Below are positions 30,811-40,598 of a stretch of 64,000 bases of DNA, in pieces. Within the stretch, counting starts at the first letter, position 1. The number at the start of each line of letters is the position of its first letter. The DNA is from an uncultured Verrucomicrobiota bacterium (GTDB lineage Bacteria > Verrucomicrobiota > Kiritimatiellia > CAIVKH01), in the NCBI GenBank assembly GCA_937996795.1, contig CALKUH010000050.1, forward strand, positions 5,867-69,866. Direction: 5' to 3'. The position numbers and the translations under genes are program-made. The notes under the pieces are model-generated. The model did no database searches. It saw only the letters and a program-made list of their open reading frames with translations, and was not told the origin of the DNA.

Positions 30811-33792
30811 TCAGGCTTGGGTCGGGTGTTCCTCGCGGTGCAGGGCGCGGCGGACGGCGTCGAGCAGGTCGTCCGCGCGATAGGGCTTGGGCAGGATGCC
30901 GGAGAAACCGGCGCTCTTGAACTGGGCGAGCACTTCGTCGGGCGCATAGCCGCTGGAGACGATGGCGTTCAGGCCCGGATCGCGCGCGCGCAGGTGCCGC
31001 AGCGCCTCGCGGCCGCCCATGCCGCCGGGCACGGTGATGTCGAGGATGGCGAGATCGACGCGCCGCCCCGCGCGGAGCTCCTCGTCGAGCAGGCGGACGG
31101 CCTCTTCGCCGCGGTCCGCGACGAGCACCTCGTAGCCGGCCCTGCCCAGGGCGCGCTGCGCGAGGCCGAGGATGGGCTTTTCGTCGTCCATCACCAGGAT
31201 GCGGCCCTGCCCGGTCGCGGCGCGCGGCGCGGCGGCGGCTTCCGCCGGGAGCTCGGCGGTTTCCGATGCAGCCGGCAGGTAGAACGTAAAGGCGGCGCCG
31301 TTCCCGGGTTCCGACGTCACCTCGATCAGGCCGCCGTGTTTCTGCACGATGGAAAAGCACATCGTGAGGCCGAGTCCGCTGCCTTTTTTCTTGGTCGTGA
31401 AATACGGGTCGAAGATGCGGCCGATGAGGCGGTCCGGGATGCCGGTGCCGGTGTCGGACACGCGGACCTGCACATAGCGGCCGGGCGCGAGGCGCGGCAC
31501 CTCGTTTGCGCCGACGTGCCGGTTGGCGGTCTCGATCGTGATGACGCCGCCCGCGGGCATGGCCTGGTCGGCGTTGATGATCAGGTTCTGGATGACCTGT
31601 GTGATCTGGCCGCTGTCGATTTCCGCCCGCCACGTGTCCGGGTCGATCTTGTACACGCAGCGCGAGGCGGACCCGCGCACGGTGAAGCCGGCGGCCTCGC
31701 GGACCACGGCGCCGACGTCGTGCAGTTTCTTGATCGGCGCGCCGCCCTTCGCGAAGGTCAGCAACTGGTGCGTGAGGTCGCGGGCGCGGATGGCCGCGCG
31801 CTCCGCGTCCTGCAGCGCCTCGGCCAGCTCCGCGGGCGGCGTGCCGGGCTCGCGCGCGGCGGAGATGTTGCCGAGGATGGCGGTCAGGATGTTGTTGAAG
31901 TCGTGGGCGAGGCCGCCGGCGAGCAGGCCGAGCGACTCCAGCTTCTGCGTGCGCATGCGCTCCTCTTCGATGCGCCGCCGCTCGGAGAGGTCCTGCACGA
32001 TGGCGATCCCGCTGGTGATCGCGCCCGCCGCGTCGAACAGCGGGGCCGCGCGCAGGCTGATCCACGTGTCCTCCTCCAGCGCGATGAACCCGCGCGAGCC
32101 TTCGTGGTAGCCCTCGCCGCCATCGAGCGCGGCGCGCAGGGTCGGCAGGATGGCCGCGTCCGCCAGTTCTTCCAGCGGGGCGCCCGCGAGGTCGCGCCGG
32201 CTCTTGCGCAGCAGCGCGGCGAAGCGGTCGTTGAATTCCGTGATGCGCAGTTCGCGGTCGTAGTGGAAGACGCCGGCGGGCGCATACTCGAAGAGCAGCC
32301 GGTAGCGTTCGCCCGCCTCGCGGTGCTGCTGCATCTCGGTGCGCAGCGCGCGGTTCGCCTCCGCGAGCTCGCGGGTGCGCTGGTGGACGCGCTGTTCGAG
32401 GTCGGCGCTCAGCGCGCGCTGTTCGCGCTCGGCGGCGGCGAGGCGCAGGGCGCTTTCCCACAGCCGGTGATGCCGGGTGAAGAAATCGAGGATCAACAGC
32501 ACCAGCAGCGCGCCGAGGCCCAGGCCGATCAGCCGCCAGCGCGCGATGGACTGCAGATAGTCGTCGGCGGCGATGTCGAGGCCCAGCGCGAGGCGCACGC
32601 GCCCGTCGCCCTCCTCGCGCAGCGCGGGCACGGTGGCCGACACCCAGCGCCCCCAGCGGTCGGTGAACGGGCCGAAGGTGTAGGGCTTGGCGGTGTTGAA
32701 GAAGGTGTAGTCCTGCGGGGAGATGTCGCCTTCGTAGAGGTCGCCGGGCCGGACACGGGCCGACGGGGTCCTCGCTTCCGACGAGGCGTAGAACATGAAA
32801 CGGCCGCCGCGCAGGCCATAGAGGTAGATCTGCTGCACATCGGGAAACGCGAGGCGCGCGCGCGTCAGCATGGATTCGACTTCATGCACCACGGGGTGCC
32901 GCTCGTCCGTGGGGCTGGCGCGAAGGGCCGAGAGCAACGAGGGATCGAGCAGGTTGGCCACGCTGGAGGCGCGCTCGAGGATGGAGGTGCGCAGCATGCG
33001 TCCCGCGAGCCGCCCGAGCGCATCCGTCCCGATCCACGTCGCGAGAAACACGCCGGCGAGTGCACTGATCGTGGTCTTCAGACGCAGGGGCGCTTCGTGC
33101 TGGAGCGCGTGGCCCGTGCGCGGCAGGTGGGCCATGGAAATCGTCCACAGGGCCGCGGCGAGGCCGGCGGCGATCACGGCGCGCACGACTTCCATCGGCA
33201 GGCCGGTCCCGTGCAGCCACGCCTGCGTGTGGAGGACCTGCGACGGGCCGAGCGCGGAGGGGCCGGTGAAGAGGCCCGCGGCGATGGCGTAGAGCAACAG
33301 GAAGAAGGCGGCAGCCTTGAGCCCGCCCCGGCCGGGTCCCTCGCTATCGCGCGCGGCGCGCCGGAAGGCGAGGCTCGCGAGAAACGCGCCGGGCAGGGCC
33401 AGCCCGTAGCGCACGGCCGCCTCCCACTCCGCCGGGCCCCCGCGGGCGGCCAGCACCACGGTGAGGACGAGCAGGCCGGGGAACAGCCCGCGGCGCCCCG
33501 GCAGCGGGCCGTATGCCGCGCATCCGCGGAGGCCGAAATCGAGCAGGATCGCGAACGAGACCGCGAGCAGGCCGATGCGGAGGATCGGCGGGGCGACGGC
33601 CTCCCACGCCGGCGCGGCGCCCGCCCACCACTCATACAAGCCGTGCAGGGCGGCGAACAGGGACAGCCGTGGCCACGGCAGGCGCGAGGCGCCGTGGCGG
33701 CGGGGCGTCTGCGCGAAGGCCGCGAGGATCAGGAAGGCCGATCCGTAGAGAAAATAGATGAAATCCATGTGCTGTTGGAACGTCGCACTCAT
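30811..33792 (-). CDS. Hybrid sensor histidine kinase/response regulator (multi-TM N-terminal sensor, PAS, HisKA, HATPase_c, REC)
   Basis: About 8 N-terminal TM helices plus a periplasmic segment. H-box LAGGLAHDFNNIL, G-boxes DTGTGIP and GSGLGL. The C-terminal receiver has the phospho-acceptor Asp in LAILDITVPGG. Confidence 0.88.
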   Translation of the reverse strand: MSATFQQHMDFIYFLYGSAFLILAAFAQTPRRHGASRLPWPRLSLFAALHGLYEWWAGAAPAWEAVAPPILRIGLLAVSFAILLDFGLRGCAAYGPLPGRRGLFPGLLVLTVVLAARGGPAEWEAAVRYGLALPGAFLASLAFRRAARDSEGPGRGGLKAAAFFLLLYAIAAGLFTGPSALGPSQVLHTQAWLHGTGLPMEVVRAVIAAGLAAALWTISMAHLPRTGHALQHEAPLRLKTTISALAGVFLATWIGTDALGRLAGRMLRTSILERASSVANLLDPSLLSALRASPTDERHPVVHEVESMLTRARLAFPDVQQIYLYGLRGGRFMFYASSEARTPSARVRPGDLYEGDISPQDYTFFNTAKPYTFGPFTDRWGRWVSATVPALREEGDGRVRLALGLDIAADDYLQSIARWRLIGLGLGALLVLLILDFFTRHHRLWESALRLAAAEREQRALSADLEQRVHQRTRELAEANRALRTEMQQHREAGERYRLLFEYAPAGVFHYDRELRITEFNDRFAALLRKSRRDLAGAPLEELADAAILPTLRAALDGGEGYHEGSRGFIALEEDTWISLRAAPLFDAAGAITSGIAIVQDLSERRRIEEERMRTQKLESLGLLAGGLAHDFNNILTAILGNISAAREPGTPPAELAEALQDAERAAIRARDLTHQLLTFAKGGAPIKKLHDVGAVVREAAGFTVRGSASRCVYKIDPDTWRAEIDSGQITQVIQNLIINADQAMPAGGVITIETANRHVGANEVPRLAPGRYVQVRVSDTGTGIPDRLIGRIFDPYFTTKKKGSGLGLTMCFSIVQKHGGLIEVTSEPGNGAAFTFYLPAASETAELPAEAAAAPRAATGQGRILVMDDEKPILGLAQRALGRAGYEVLVADRGEEAVRLLDEELRAGRRVDLAILDITVPGGMGGREALRHLRARDPGLNAIVSSGYAPDEVLAQFKSAGFSGILPKPYRADDLLDAVRRALHREEHPTQA

Positions 33793-36785
33793 GAGGCTTG
33801 CGGATGGGAGGGATGCAGCGTCTGGCCCATGAGGTGCAGGAGCGCGGGCGGAGGATAGGGCTTGGCGAGGAATCCGTCCAGCGCCGCGAGCCGCTCGCGC
33901 CAGCGTTCGCGTTCTTGGGTGTAGCCGCTGGTCAGGAGGATCTTCAGCGCCGGGTGCCGCGCCCGGGCCTCCTCCGCCAAGTCGAGCCCGTTGCCGTCCG
34001 GCAGCACGACATCCGAAAACATCAGCGCAAACGGGATCTCCGGCGCAAGCAGCAGCGCGCGCGCCTCCGCGACCGTGCCCACGGCGGTGACCCGGTAGTG
34101 GTTGCGATGCAGGATCCGCGTGGTGAGTTCGCGCACGCCCGTCTCATCCTCGACCACCAGAATGTGTTCGCCGCGCCCCTCCAGCCCCCGCGCCACCGTG
34201 GTGGCGGCGGGGTCCGGCGACGCCGGAAGCGCCCCGGTCTCCTCCGTCGGCAGGTAGATGCAAAAGGTGCTGCCCTCGCCAGGCGCGCTGTGCACCTCGA
34301 TGAACCCCTCGTGCTGGCGCACGATGCCGTACACCACCGGAAGACCGAGCCCGGTGCCCCTGCCCGGTTCCTTTGTGGTGAAGAACGGCTCGAACAACTG
34401 CTCCCGCACCTCGGGGGTCATGCCGACGCCGGTATCCTGCACGCACAGGCGGACGAAGCGGCCCGGCCGCGCGCCGGGCACGGGCGGCAGGGCCCCGTCC
34501 TCCAGGCACACCACGCTCGTGGCGAAACGCAGCAGGCCCCCGCCGGGCATCGCGTCGCGGGCGTTGATCGACAGGTTGACGAGGATCTGTTCGAGCTGGC
34601 CGGCATCCGCGCGGATGGGGGGCAGCTGCTCATCGAAGTCCGTTTCGATGCGAATGTTTTCCCCCAGCAGCCGGTGCAGCAACTTGGCCGCGCCCCTGAC
34701 GATTTCGTTGAGCGCGAGGGACTCCACATGCATCTTCTGGCGCCGCCCGAAGGCCAGCAGCTGGCGCGTGAGCGCGGCGGCGCGCTGGGCGGCCCGGTCG
34801 ATTTCCAACACGTCGCTCCGACGCGGGTCGCCCTCCGCGATTTCGGAGAGCAGGATCGCGCTGAACCCGGTGATGGCCTGGAGCAGGTTGTTGAAATCGT
34901 GCGCGATGCCCCCCGCCATTCGCCCGATGCTCTCCATCTTCTGGGCCTGCCGGAGCTGCAACTCCAGCGTCTTTTGCTCGGTGACGTCCTGTTTGATCGC
35001 GATAAAATGCGTCAATTTCCCCGCGCTGTCCCGCACCGGCGTGATGGTCATTTCCTCCGTGACCAGCGACCCGTTCTTGCGGCGGTTCGTGATCTCGCCG
35101 CGCCAGACCAGCCCGGCGGTGATCGTCTTCCACATCGTGTCGTAGAACGCGCGCGCGTGGACGCCGGAGGCGAGCAGGGACGGCGTCTGGCCGACGACCT
35201 CGTGTCGCGCATAGCCCGTGTGGCGGCAGAACGCATCGTTCACCCACAGGATGCGGCCCTGCGCGTTGGTGATGACGATGCTGTTGGCGGCGGCGCCCAG
35301 CGCCGTGCGCTGGAGGCGCGTTTCCTCCTCCGCCCCCTCGCGCCGGATCGCTTGGGCGATCAACTGCGCGGCGAGGCGGAGGATTTCCTTCTCCGGCGCG
35401 GTCCAGCGACGCGGCACGCGGCCATCCGCGAAACAGATGAAGCCCCACCACGCCCGGTCCGCGACAATGGGCGCGAGGTGCACCGAGAGGATGCCGCGTT
35501 CCGCCAGCATCCCGCGCGCGGGCTCCGGCAATTCTTCAACGACGCCTCCAACCGTTTCCCCTTTCGCAAGCCGGTCGCACCAGTCTTCGAGGCCCGCGAG
35601 GGACAGGTTGCAGGAAAACGGGCGCCCGGGTTCCGCGAGCGGCGCGTGCGTGGGCGCGTTCCATTCGCAGCGCAGGGTGCTTTCCTGCGCGCCGCCCCCG
35701 GCGTCCACCTGTTGGAATAACGCGACGCGGCTGACCTCGGCCGCAAGGCCGAGCTCGCGGAGGAACGGATCGATGTGGCGGGTCCAGCCCTCGTCGCGCA
35801 TCAGGCGCTCCGCCGCCGTCGCGGCGGCCGCAAGCAGGGCGTCGCGACGCCGTGTGCCCTGCGCGAAATCGGCGTTCATCCGCTCCTGCAGCTTGGCGTG
35901 GATCGCGGTGGTGATCGCGGGCAGCAGGTTGTGCAGGATATTCCGGTCCCGGTCCGTCAGCGGCGGATCGTCCGCATACGCCTGCACGGCGACCACCCCG
36001 AGCGCCGCATTGCCGTAGCGCAGCGGGCCGCCGAGCCACTGGCGCGGGCGCGCGCCCAGGACCTCCGCCGCGCCGCTCGCCTCAAGCGCCGCGAGCCCGG
36101 CCTCGTCGAGCAGCACGGTCTCTCGGCCGTTCATCGCATATTCGGTGAGCCCGCGCCCCGGCCGCTTGCACGGCGGCGCCGGGTCCGCGCGGTCCACCCA
36201 GCATGGAAAATACAGGGCGTCGTGCTCCCGGCTGTAGAGGGCGATGTAGAAGTGGCGGGCGGGCATCACGGCGGCGAGGGCCTCGTGGATCTCGCCGCCC
36301 AGCGCCTCGACCGAGGTGGCGGCAGGCGCGGCTCGCGCAATCCGCTGTTCCGCCGCGCGGATGGCATCGCCGAGCGCGCGCTCCCGCAGGTCGCGGGCGG
36401 TGATGACGACCGTGCGCCTGCCCTCGAACACGAAATCGTGCGGGGCGCACTCCAGCGGCACCGCGGACCCGTCCCGATGCAGCGCCCGGAAGTGGATCGC
36501 GTAGCGCGCCTCCGGATGGCGGAGGTAATCGGTGAGTTCCGCGGCGGCGCGGTCACGGTCCTCCGGGTGCACCAAGTCGAGCACGTTCAGCCCCCGCAGC
36601 GCGTCGGGGTCGTGCCCCAGCACCGCGCGCACGGCCTCGCTGGCCTGCAACAGCGAGCCGTGTTCATCAAGGACCACCTGCACGTCAAAGCCGTTCCGCC
36701 ACGCGGCGGCTCCCAGCCGGTCCATCGTGTCCGCGCCGCCGATGTCCCGGCGGCCCTGCCCTGTGCGTTCACCCGAAATCGTCAT
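33789..36785 (-). CDS. Cytoplasmic hybrid sensor histidine kinase (PAS-GAF-GAF-PAS-HisKA-HATPase_c-REC)
   Basis: H-box MAGGIAHDFNNLL, G-boxes DTGVGM and GTGLGL, receiver with FSDVVLPDG. A 4-nt overlap (ATGA) with the upstream kinase. Confidence 0.88.
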   Translation of the reverse strand: MTISGERTGQGRRDIGGADTMDRLGAAAWRNGFDVQVVLDEHGSLLQASEAVRAVLGHDPDALRGLNVLDLVHPEDRDRAAAELTDYLRHPEARYAIHFRALHRDGSAVPLECAPHDFVFEGRRTVVITARDLRERALGDAIRAAEQRIARAAPAATSVEALGGEIHEALAAVMPARHFYIALYSREHDALYFPCWVDRADPAPPCKRPGRGLTEYAMNGRETVLLDEAGLAALEASGAAEVLGARPRQWLGGPLRYGNAALGVVAVQAYADDPPLTDRDRNILHNLLPAITTAIHAKLQERMNADFAQGTRRRDALLAAAATAAERLMRDEGWTRHIDPFLRELGLAAEVSRVALFQQVDAGGGAQESTLRCEWNAPTHAPLAEPGRPFSCNLSLAGLEDWCDRLAKGETVGGVVEELPEPARGMLAERGILSVHLAPIVADRAWWGFICFADGRVPRRWTAPEKEILRLAAQLIAQAIRREGAEEETRLQRTALGAAANSIVITNAQGRILWVNDAFCRHTGYARHEVVGQTPSLLASGVHARAFYDTMWKTITAGLVWRGEITNRRKNGSLVTEEMTITPVRDSAGKLTHFIAIKQDVTEQKTLELQLRQAQKMESIGRMAGGIAHDFNNLLQAITGFSAILLSEIAEGDPRRSDVLEIDRAAQRAAALTRQLLAFGRRQKMHVESLALNEIVRGAAKLLHRLLGENIRIETDFDEQLPPIRADAGQLEQILVNLSINARDAMPGGGLLRFATSVVCLEDGALPPVPGARPGRFVRLCVQDTGVGMTPEVREQLFEPFFTTKEPGRGTGLGLPVVYGIVRQHEGFIEVHSAPGEGSTFCIYLPTEETGALPASPDPAATTVARGLEGRGEHILVVEDETGVRELTTRILHRNHYRVTAVGTVAEARALLLAPEIPFALMFSDVVLPDGNGLDLAEEARARHPALKILLTSGYTQERERWRERLAALDGFLAKPYPPPALLHLMGQTLHPSHPQAS

Positions 36786-36925
36786 GGCGCCATCAATTGA
36801 TGGCGAGTGTACCCCGCGCGAGGCGCATCATCTACTGCATTTCTGCGGGCGGCGCGGGCGGGACGCCCGGGCGCGCATTCACGCTGGCGGGCGGGGCGGC
36901 GCTTCGCCATACTAAAAAGCTGCCC

Positions 36926-39643
36926 ATGTCATTCCGGTTCACACACGTTTATCGCCTTGCGCTGGGGGCGCTCGCCCTCGCGCTGGCGTCCGTGCTTTTC
37001 CTGTGGGGACCCTCCCCGCGCGAGGCGGCGCTGCTGGCGGGCGCGGCCTTCGGCGCGGGCCTGGTGCTGCTGGTGGCGCAGGAGTTCCAGCAACGCCGCC
37101 GGCTGCGCCGGTTTACGCAGGCGATCCGCCAGGTCCGTGGACAGGCGGATTTCGGCGCGCGGGTGCCGGAGGCGGATGATCCCGAGCTGGCCGAGCTCGC
37201 GGGGGAAATCAACGGCCTGCTCGGCACCCTCCAGCGCGTGCATGAGAAGCTGCTGGGCATGAACGCGGAACTTGAGCAGCGCGTGGCCGAGCGCACGGCG
37301 GAGGTCGAGGAGAGCAAGGCGACGCTGGCGGCGGACGCCGCGCGCCGCATCGAGGCCGAGCGCGCCACGGCGGAGCGCGAGCGCGTGTACCGCACGCTGC
37401 ACGAATTGTCCCCCACCGGCATCCTGCTGGAGTCCGAGGACGGCGTGATCCTCGACGCGAACCAGGCCATCTGCGACGCGCTGGGCTTCACGCGTGAGGA
37501 GCTGGTGGGCCGCAATGTGCGCTCGCTCCCGCCGCCGGGCGACCTCCCGCGCGTGGAGCGCGATCTCGAGTCTCTGCTCGAGGGCCACACGCTCTTCCAC
37601 GAGGTGCGCAACATCCGCAAGGACGGGCGCGAGTGTTCCATGGAGCTGCGCGAGCGCGCCATCACGCTGCCGGACGGACAGCGCCGCATCATCGTCGCCG
37701 CGAACGACATCACCGCGCGCAAGGCCGCGGAGGCGCGGCTGCGCGAAAGCGAGCACCGCTACCACACGCTGTTCAACACGCTGATCACCGGGTTCGGCCT
37801 GCACGAGATGGTCTATGACGCGGACGGGCGCGCGGTGGACTACATCTTCCTCGACGTAAACCCCGCGTTCACCGCGATGACCGGCCGCCGCCGCGACGAG
37901 GTCGTGGGCCGCCGCGTCAGCGAGGTGTTTCCCGGCACGGAACAATCGTGGATCGAGCGCTACGGCGAGGTCGCGCGCACCGGGCGGGCCATCGCATTCG
38001 ACAACTATTCCAGCGCCCTGCAAAAGCACTTTTCCGTCATTGCCTACAGCCCGCAGCGCGGCCAGTTCGCGGTGAATTTCATCGACATCACCGAGCAGCG
38101 CCGCGCGGAAAGCCAGCTCAAGCTGCAGGCCACGGCGCTGGAGTCGTCCGCCAACGGCATCATGATCGTGAACCGCGCGGGCGTCATCACCTGGGTCAAC
38201 CGCGCCTTCACCCAGCTCACCGGCTACGCCCGCACGGAGATCGAGGGGCGGACGCCGAATGTCCTCAAATCCGGGCGGCACGGTCCCGCGTTCTATGCAG
38301 AGTTGTGGACGACGGTCACCGAGGGCCGCATGTGGCGCGGGGAGCTGGTCAACCGCCGCAAGGACGGCTCGCTGTACCTGGAGGAGATGACGATCACGCC
38401 GGTGCTGGACGAACAGGGACGCGCGGATTATTTCGTCGCGATCAAGCAGGACATCACCGAGCGGCGCGACCTGCAGCAGCAGTTGTTCCAGGCGCAGAAG
38501 ATGGAGGTCATCGGGCGCCTCGCCGGCGGCATCGCGCATGACTTCAACAACCTGTTGCAGGCCATCACCGGCTTCAGCCACCTGCTGCTCGAAAGCCTCG
38601 ACACGCACAGCCCGCACCGCGCCGATGTGCAGGAAATCGAGCGCGCCGCGCGCCGCGCGTCCGACCTGACGCGCCAGCTGCTCGCCTTCAGCCGGCGCCA
38701 GATGATCGAGACGCGGGCGGTGGATCTCAACGCGCTGGTCGAAGGCACCGAGAAGATGCTCCAGCGCCTGATCGGCGAGGACATCGAGCTCGTGCTCGAC
38801 CTGGAGAAGGACCTCGAACCCGTCCGCGCCGACGCCGGCCAGATCGAGCAGGTGCTCGTCAACCTCACCGTCAACGCGCGCGACGCGATGCCGACGGGCG
38901 GGCGGCTCACCGTCAGCACCAGCAGCATCGTCCTGCTCAAGGAGGACACGCTGTTCAAGCCGGACGCCCGCCATGGGCGCTTCGCCGTGCTCTCCATCAC
39001 CGACACCGGTTTCGGCATGACGCCGGATGTGCAGGAACACATTTTTGAGCCGTTCTTCAGCACCAAGGGCCCCGGGCGCGGCACCGGGCTCGGGCTCTCC
39101 GTGGTGTACGGCATCATCCAGCAGCACGAGGGCATGATCCGCGTGTACAGCGAGGTCGGGCAGGGCTCCACCTTCCGCATCTACCTGCCGATCACCTCGG
39201 AGCAAAGCCGCGAGGCGGATGTGCCCGCCGAGGCTTCGGACAAGGTGCTGGCGCGCGGCCGCGGGGAGCGCATCCTGCTCGTCGAGGACGAGGCCGGCGT
39301 CCGCGATTTCGCCCTCAGCGCCCTCCGGCAATATGGCTACGACCCGATCCCGGCATCCAGCTACGCCGAGGCCGAGACGGTCTTTGCGGAGCATGAGGGC
39401 CGGTTCGATCTCCTCTTCACCGATGTGGTCCTGACCGACCAGACGGGGCTCGACCTCGCCGCCACGCTGCGCCGGAAGCGCCCCGACCTGCGCCTGCTCT
39501 TCACCAGCGGATACATGGACGAAAAGTCGCGCTGGCCGGTCATCCGCGACCGGGGCTATCCCTTCCTGCAAAAGCCCTATCCGCTCGACAGCCTGCTGCG
39601 CACGCTGCGCGCCGTGCTCGACCACCCCCCGCCCGGGGCGTAG
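36926..39643 (+). CDS. Hybrid sensor histidine kinase (2 TM plus HAMP, three PAS domains, HisKA, HATPase_c, REC)
   Basis: Start MSFRFTHVYRLALGALALALAS. H-box LAGGIAHDFNNLL, G-boxes DTGFGM and GTGLGL, receiver with FTDVVLTDQ. Diverges from the two minus-strand kinases. Confidence 0.88.
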   Translation: MSFRFTHVYRLALGALALALASVLFLWGPSPREAALLAGAAFGAGLVLLVAQEFQQRRRLRRFTQAIRQVRGQADFGARVPEADDPELAELAGEINGLLGTLQRVHEKLLGMNAELEQRVAERTAEVEESKATLAADAARRIEAERATAERERVYRTLHELSPTGILLESEDGVILDANQAICDALGFTREELVGRNVRSLPPPGDLPRVERDLESLLEGHTLFHEVRNIRKDGRECSMELRERAITLPDGQRRIIVAANDITARKAAEARLRESEHRYHTLFNTLITGFGLHEMVYDADGRAVDYIFLDVNPAFTAMTGRRRDEVVGRRVSEVFPGTEQSWIERYGEVARTGRAIAFDNYSSALQKHFSVIAYSPQRGQFAVNFIDITEQRRAESQLKLQATALESSANGIMIVNRAGVITWVNRAFTQLTGYARTEIEGRTPNVLKSGRHGPAFYAELWTTVTEGRMWRGELVNRRKDGSLYLEEMTITPVLDEQGRADYFVAIKQDITERRDLQQQLFQAQKMEVIGRLAGGIAHDFNNLLQAITGFSHLLLESLDTHSPHRADVQEIERAARRASDLTRQLLAFSRRQMIETRAVDLNALVEGTEKMLQRLIGEDIELVLDLEKDLEPVRADAGQIEQVLVNLTVNARDAMPTGGRLTVSTSSIVLLKEDTLFKPDARHGRFAVLSITDTGFGMTPDVQEHIFEPFFSTKGPGRGTGLGLSVVYGIIQQHEGMIRVYSEVGQGSTFRIYLPITSEQSREADVPAEASDKVLARGRGERILLVEDEAGVRDFALSALRQYGYDPIPASSYAEAETVFAEHEGRFDLLFTDVVLTDQTGLDLAATLRRKRPDLRLLFTSGYMDEKSRWPVIRDRGYPFLQKPYPLDSLLRTLRAVLDHPPPGA

Positions 39644-39727
39644 CCGCGCGGGGGCGGTCCGCGCCGCGGCTTGACCGTTCCGTCGTGCGGGTGTTGAATG
39701 GCTTCAGGCCCCAAGCGGAGAACTGTC

Positions 39728-40579
39728 ATGAATACCTGCCGTTTCCTGTCGATCCTGGTCCTCGGGTTTGGGTTGGTGGCCCCCGCCACGGCGGAGCGCC
39801 TCGTCATCAAAGGGTCCAACACCTTCGGCGAGGAGCTCGGCCCTCGCCTCATTGAGGACTTCAAGAAGACGCACGCGGAGTGGGAGATCGAACTCGAGTC
39901 GCGCAGCACCGGCCACGGCATCCAGGCCCTGCTCGACGGCGCGTGCGACATCGCCCCCGCCTCCCGCTCGCTTAATGATGACGAAATCCGCCTCGCGAAA
40001 TCCCGGGGCCTCACGCTGCGGGTGCACACCATCGGCTACTACGGCATCGCCGTGATCGTGCACCGCGACAACCCGGTGGGCTCGCTCGCCGACCACCAGG
40101 TGCGCGACATCTTCACCGGCGCCCTCAAGAACTGGAGCGCCGTGCGCGGGCCCGACGCGCCGATCGTTACGCATATTTCCGTGCCCGAGGCCGGCACGTA
40201 CCTCGGCTTCCAAGAACTGGCGATGGACCGGCGCCCGTACCGCGCCGACGCCGTCGCGCATGAGAGCTATGCGGATATCGCCGCCGCGGTCGCGAAGGAC
40301 CCGAACGCAATCGGGTATGTGTCGATGTCGCTGGCGGCCGGCCCGTCGGTGCGCGCCGTGAAGATCAACGGCGTGCCCGCCACGCCGATTTCCGTGTCGG
40401 ACGACCAGTATCCCTACGCGCGCCTGTTGCGTTTCTACACGGACAAGAACCGCGAATCGCTCGCCGCCCGCGAATTCATCCGCTACGTCCGCTCGCGTCA
40501 GGGCCAGAACGTGCTGGAGGACGCCGGCTTCGTCCGCCGCTTCCAGCGCCACCTCTCCTTCGGCATGGAAACGCAGTAA
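39728..40579 (+). CDS. PstS-family (PBP-like_2) periplasmic phosphate or oxyanion-binding protein, orphan
   Basis: Signal peptide (MNTCRFLSILVLGFGLVAPATA). IKGSNTFGEELGPRLIEDF and TGHGIQALLDGACDIAPASR resemble PstS/PhoT substrate-binding proteins. No adjacent pstCAB. Confidence 0.7.
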   Translation: MNTCRFLSILVLGFGLVAPATAERLVIKGSNTFGEELGPRLIEDFKKTHAEWEIELESRSTGHGIQALLDGACDIAPASRSLNDDEIRLAKSRGLTLRVHTIGYYGIAVIVHRDNPVGSLADHQVRDIFTGALKNWSAVRGPDAPIVTHISVPEAGTYLGFQELAMDRRPYRADAVAHESYADIAAAVAKDPNAIGYVSMSLAAGPSVRAVKINGVPATPISVSDDQYPYARLLRFYTDKNRESLAAREFIRYVRSRQGQNVLEDAGFVRRFQRHLSFGMETQ

Positions 40580-40598
40580 GGCTCCGCCTTCCCGCCGG

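Noticed and set aside
30817-39625. Long antisense ORFs (30817..33858 +, 33798..35720 +, 36929..39625 -) opposite the three histidine kinases
   Set aside because: No motifs and a compositionally biased translation. The kinase frames contain complete H, N, G1 and G2 boxes.
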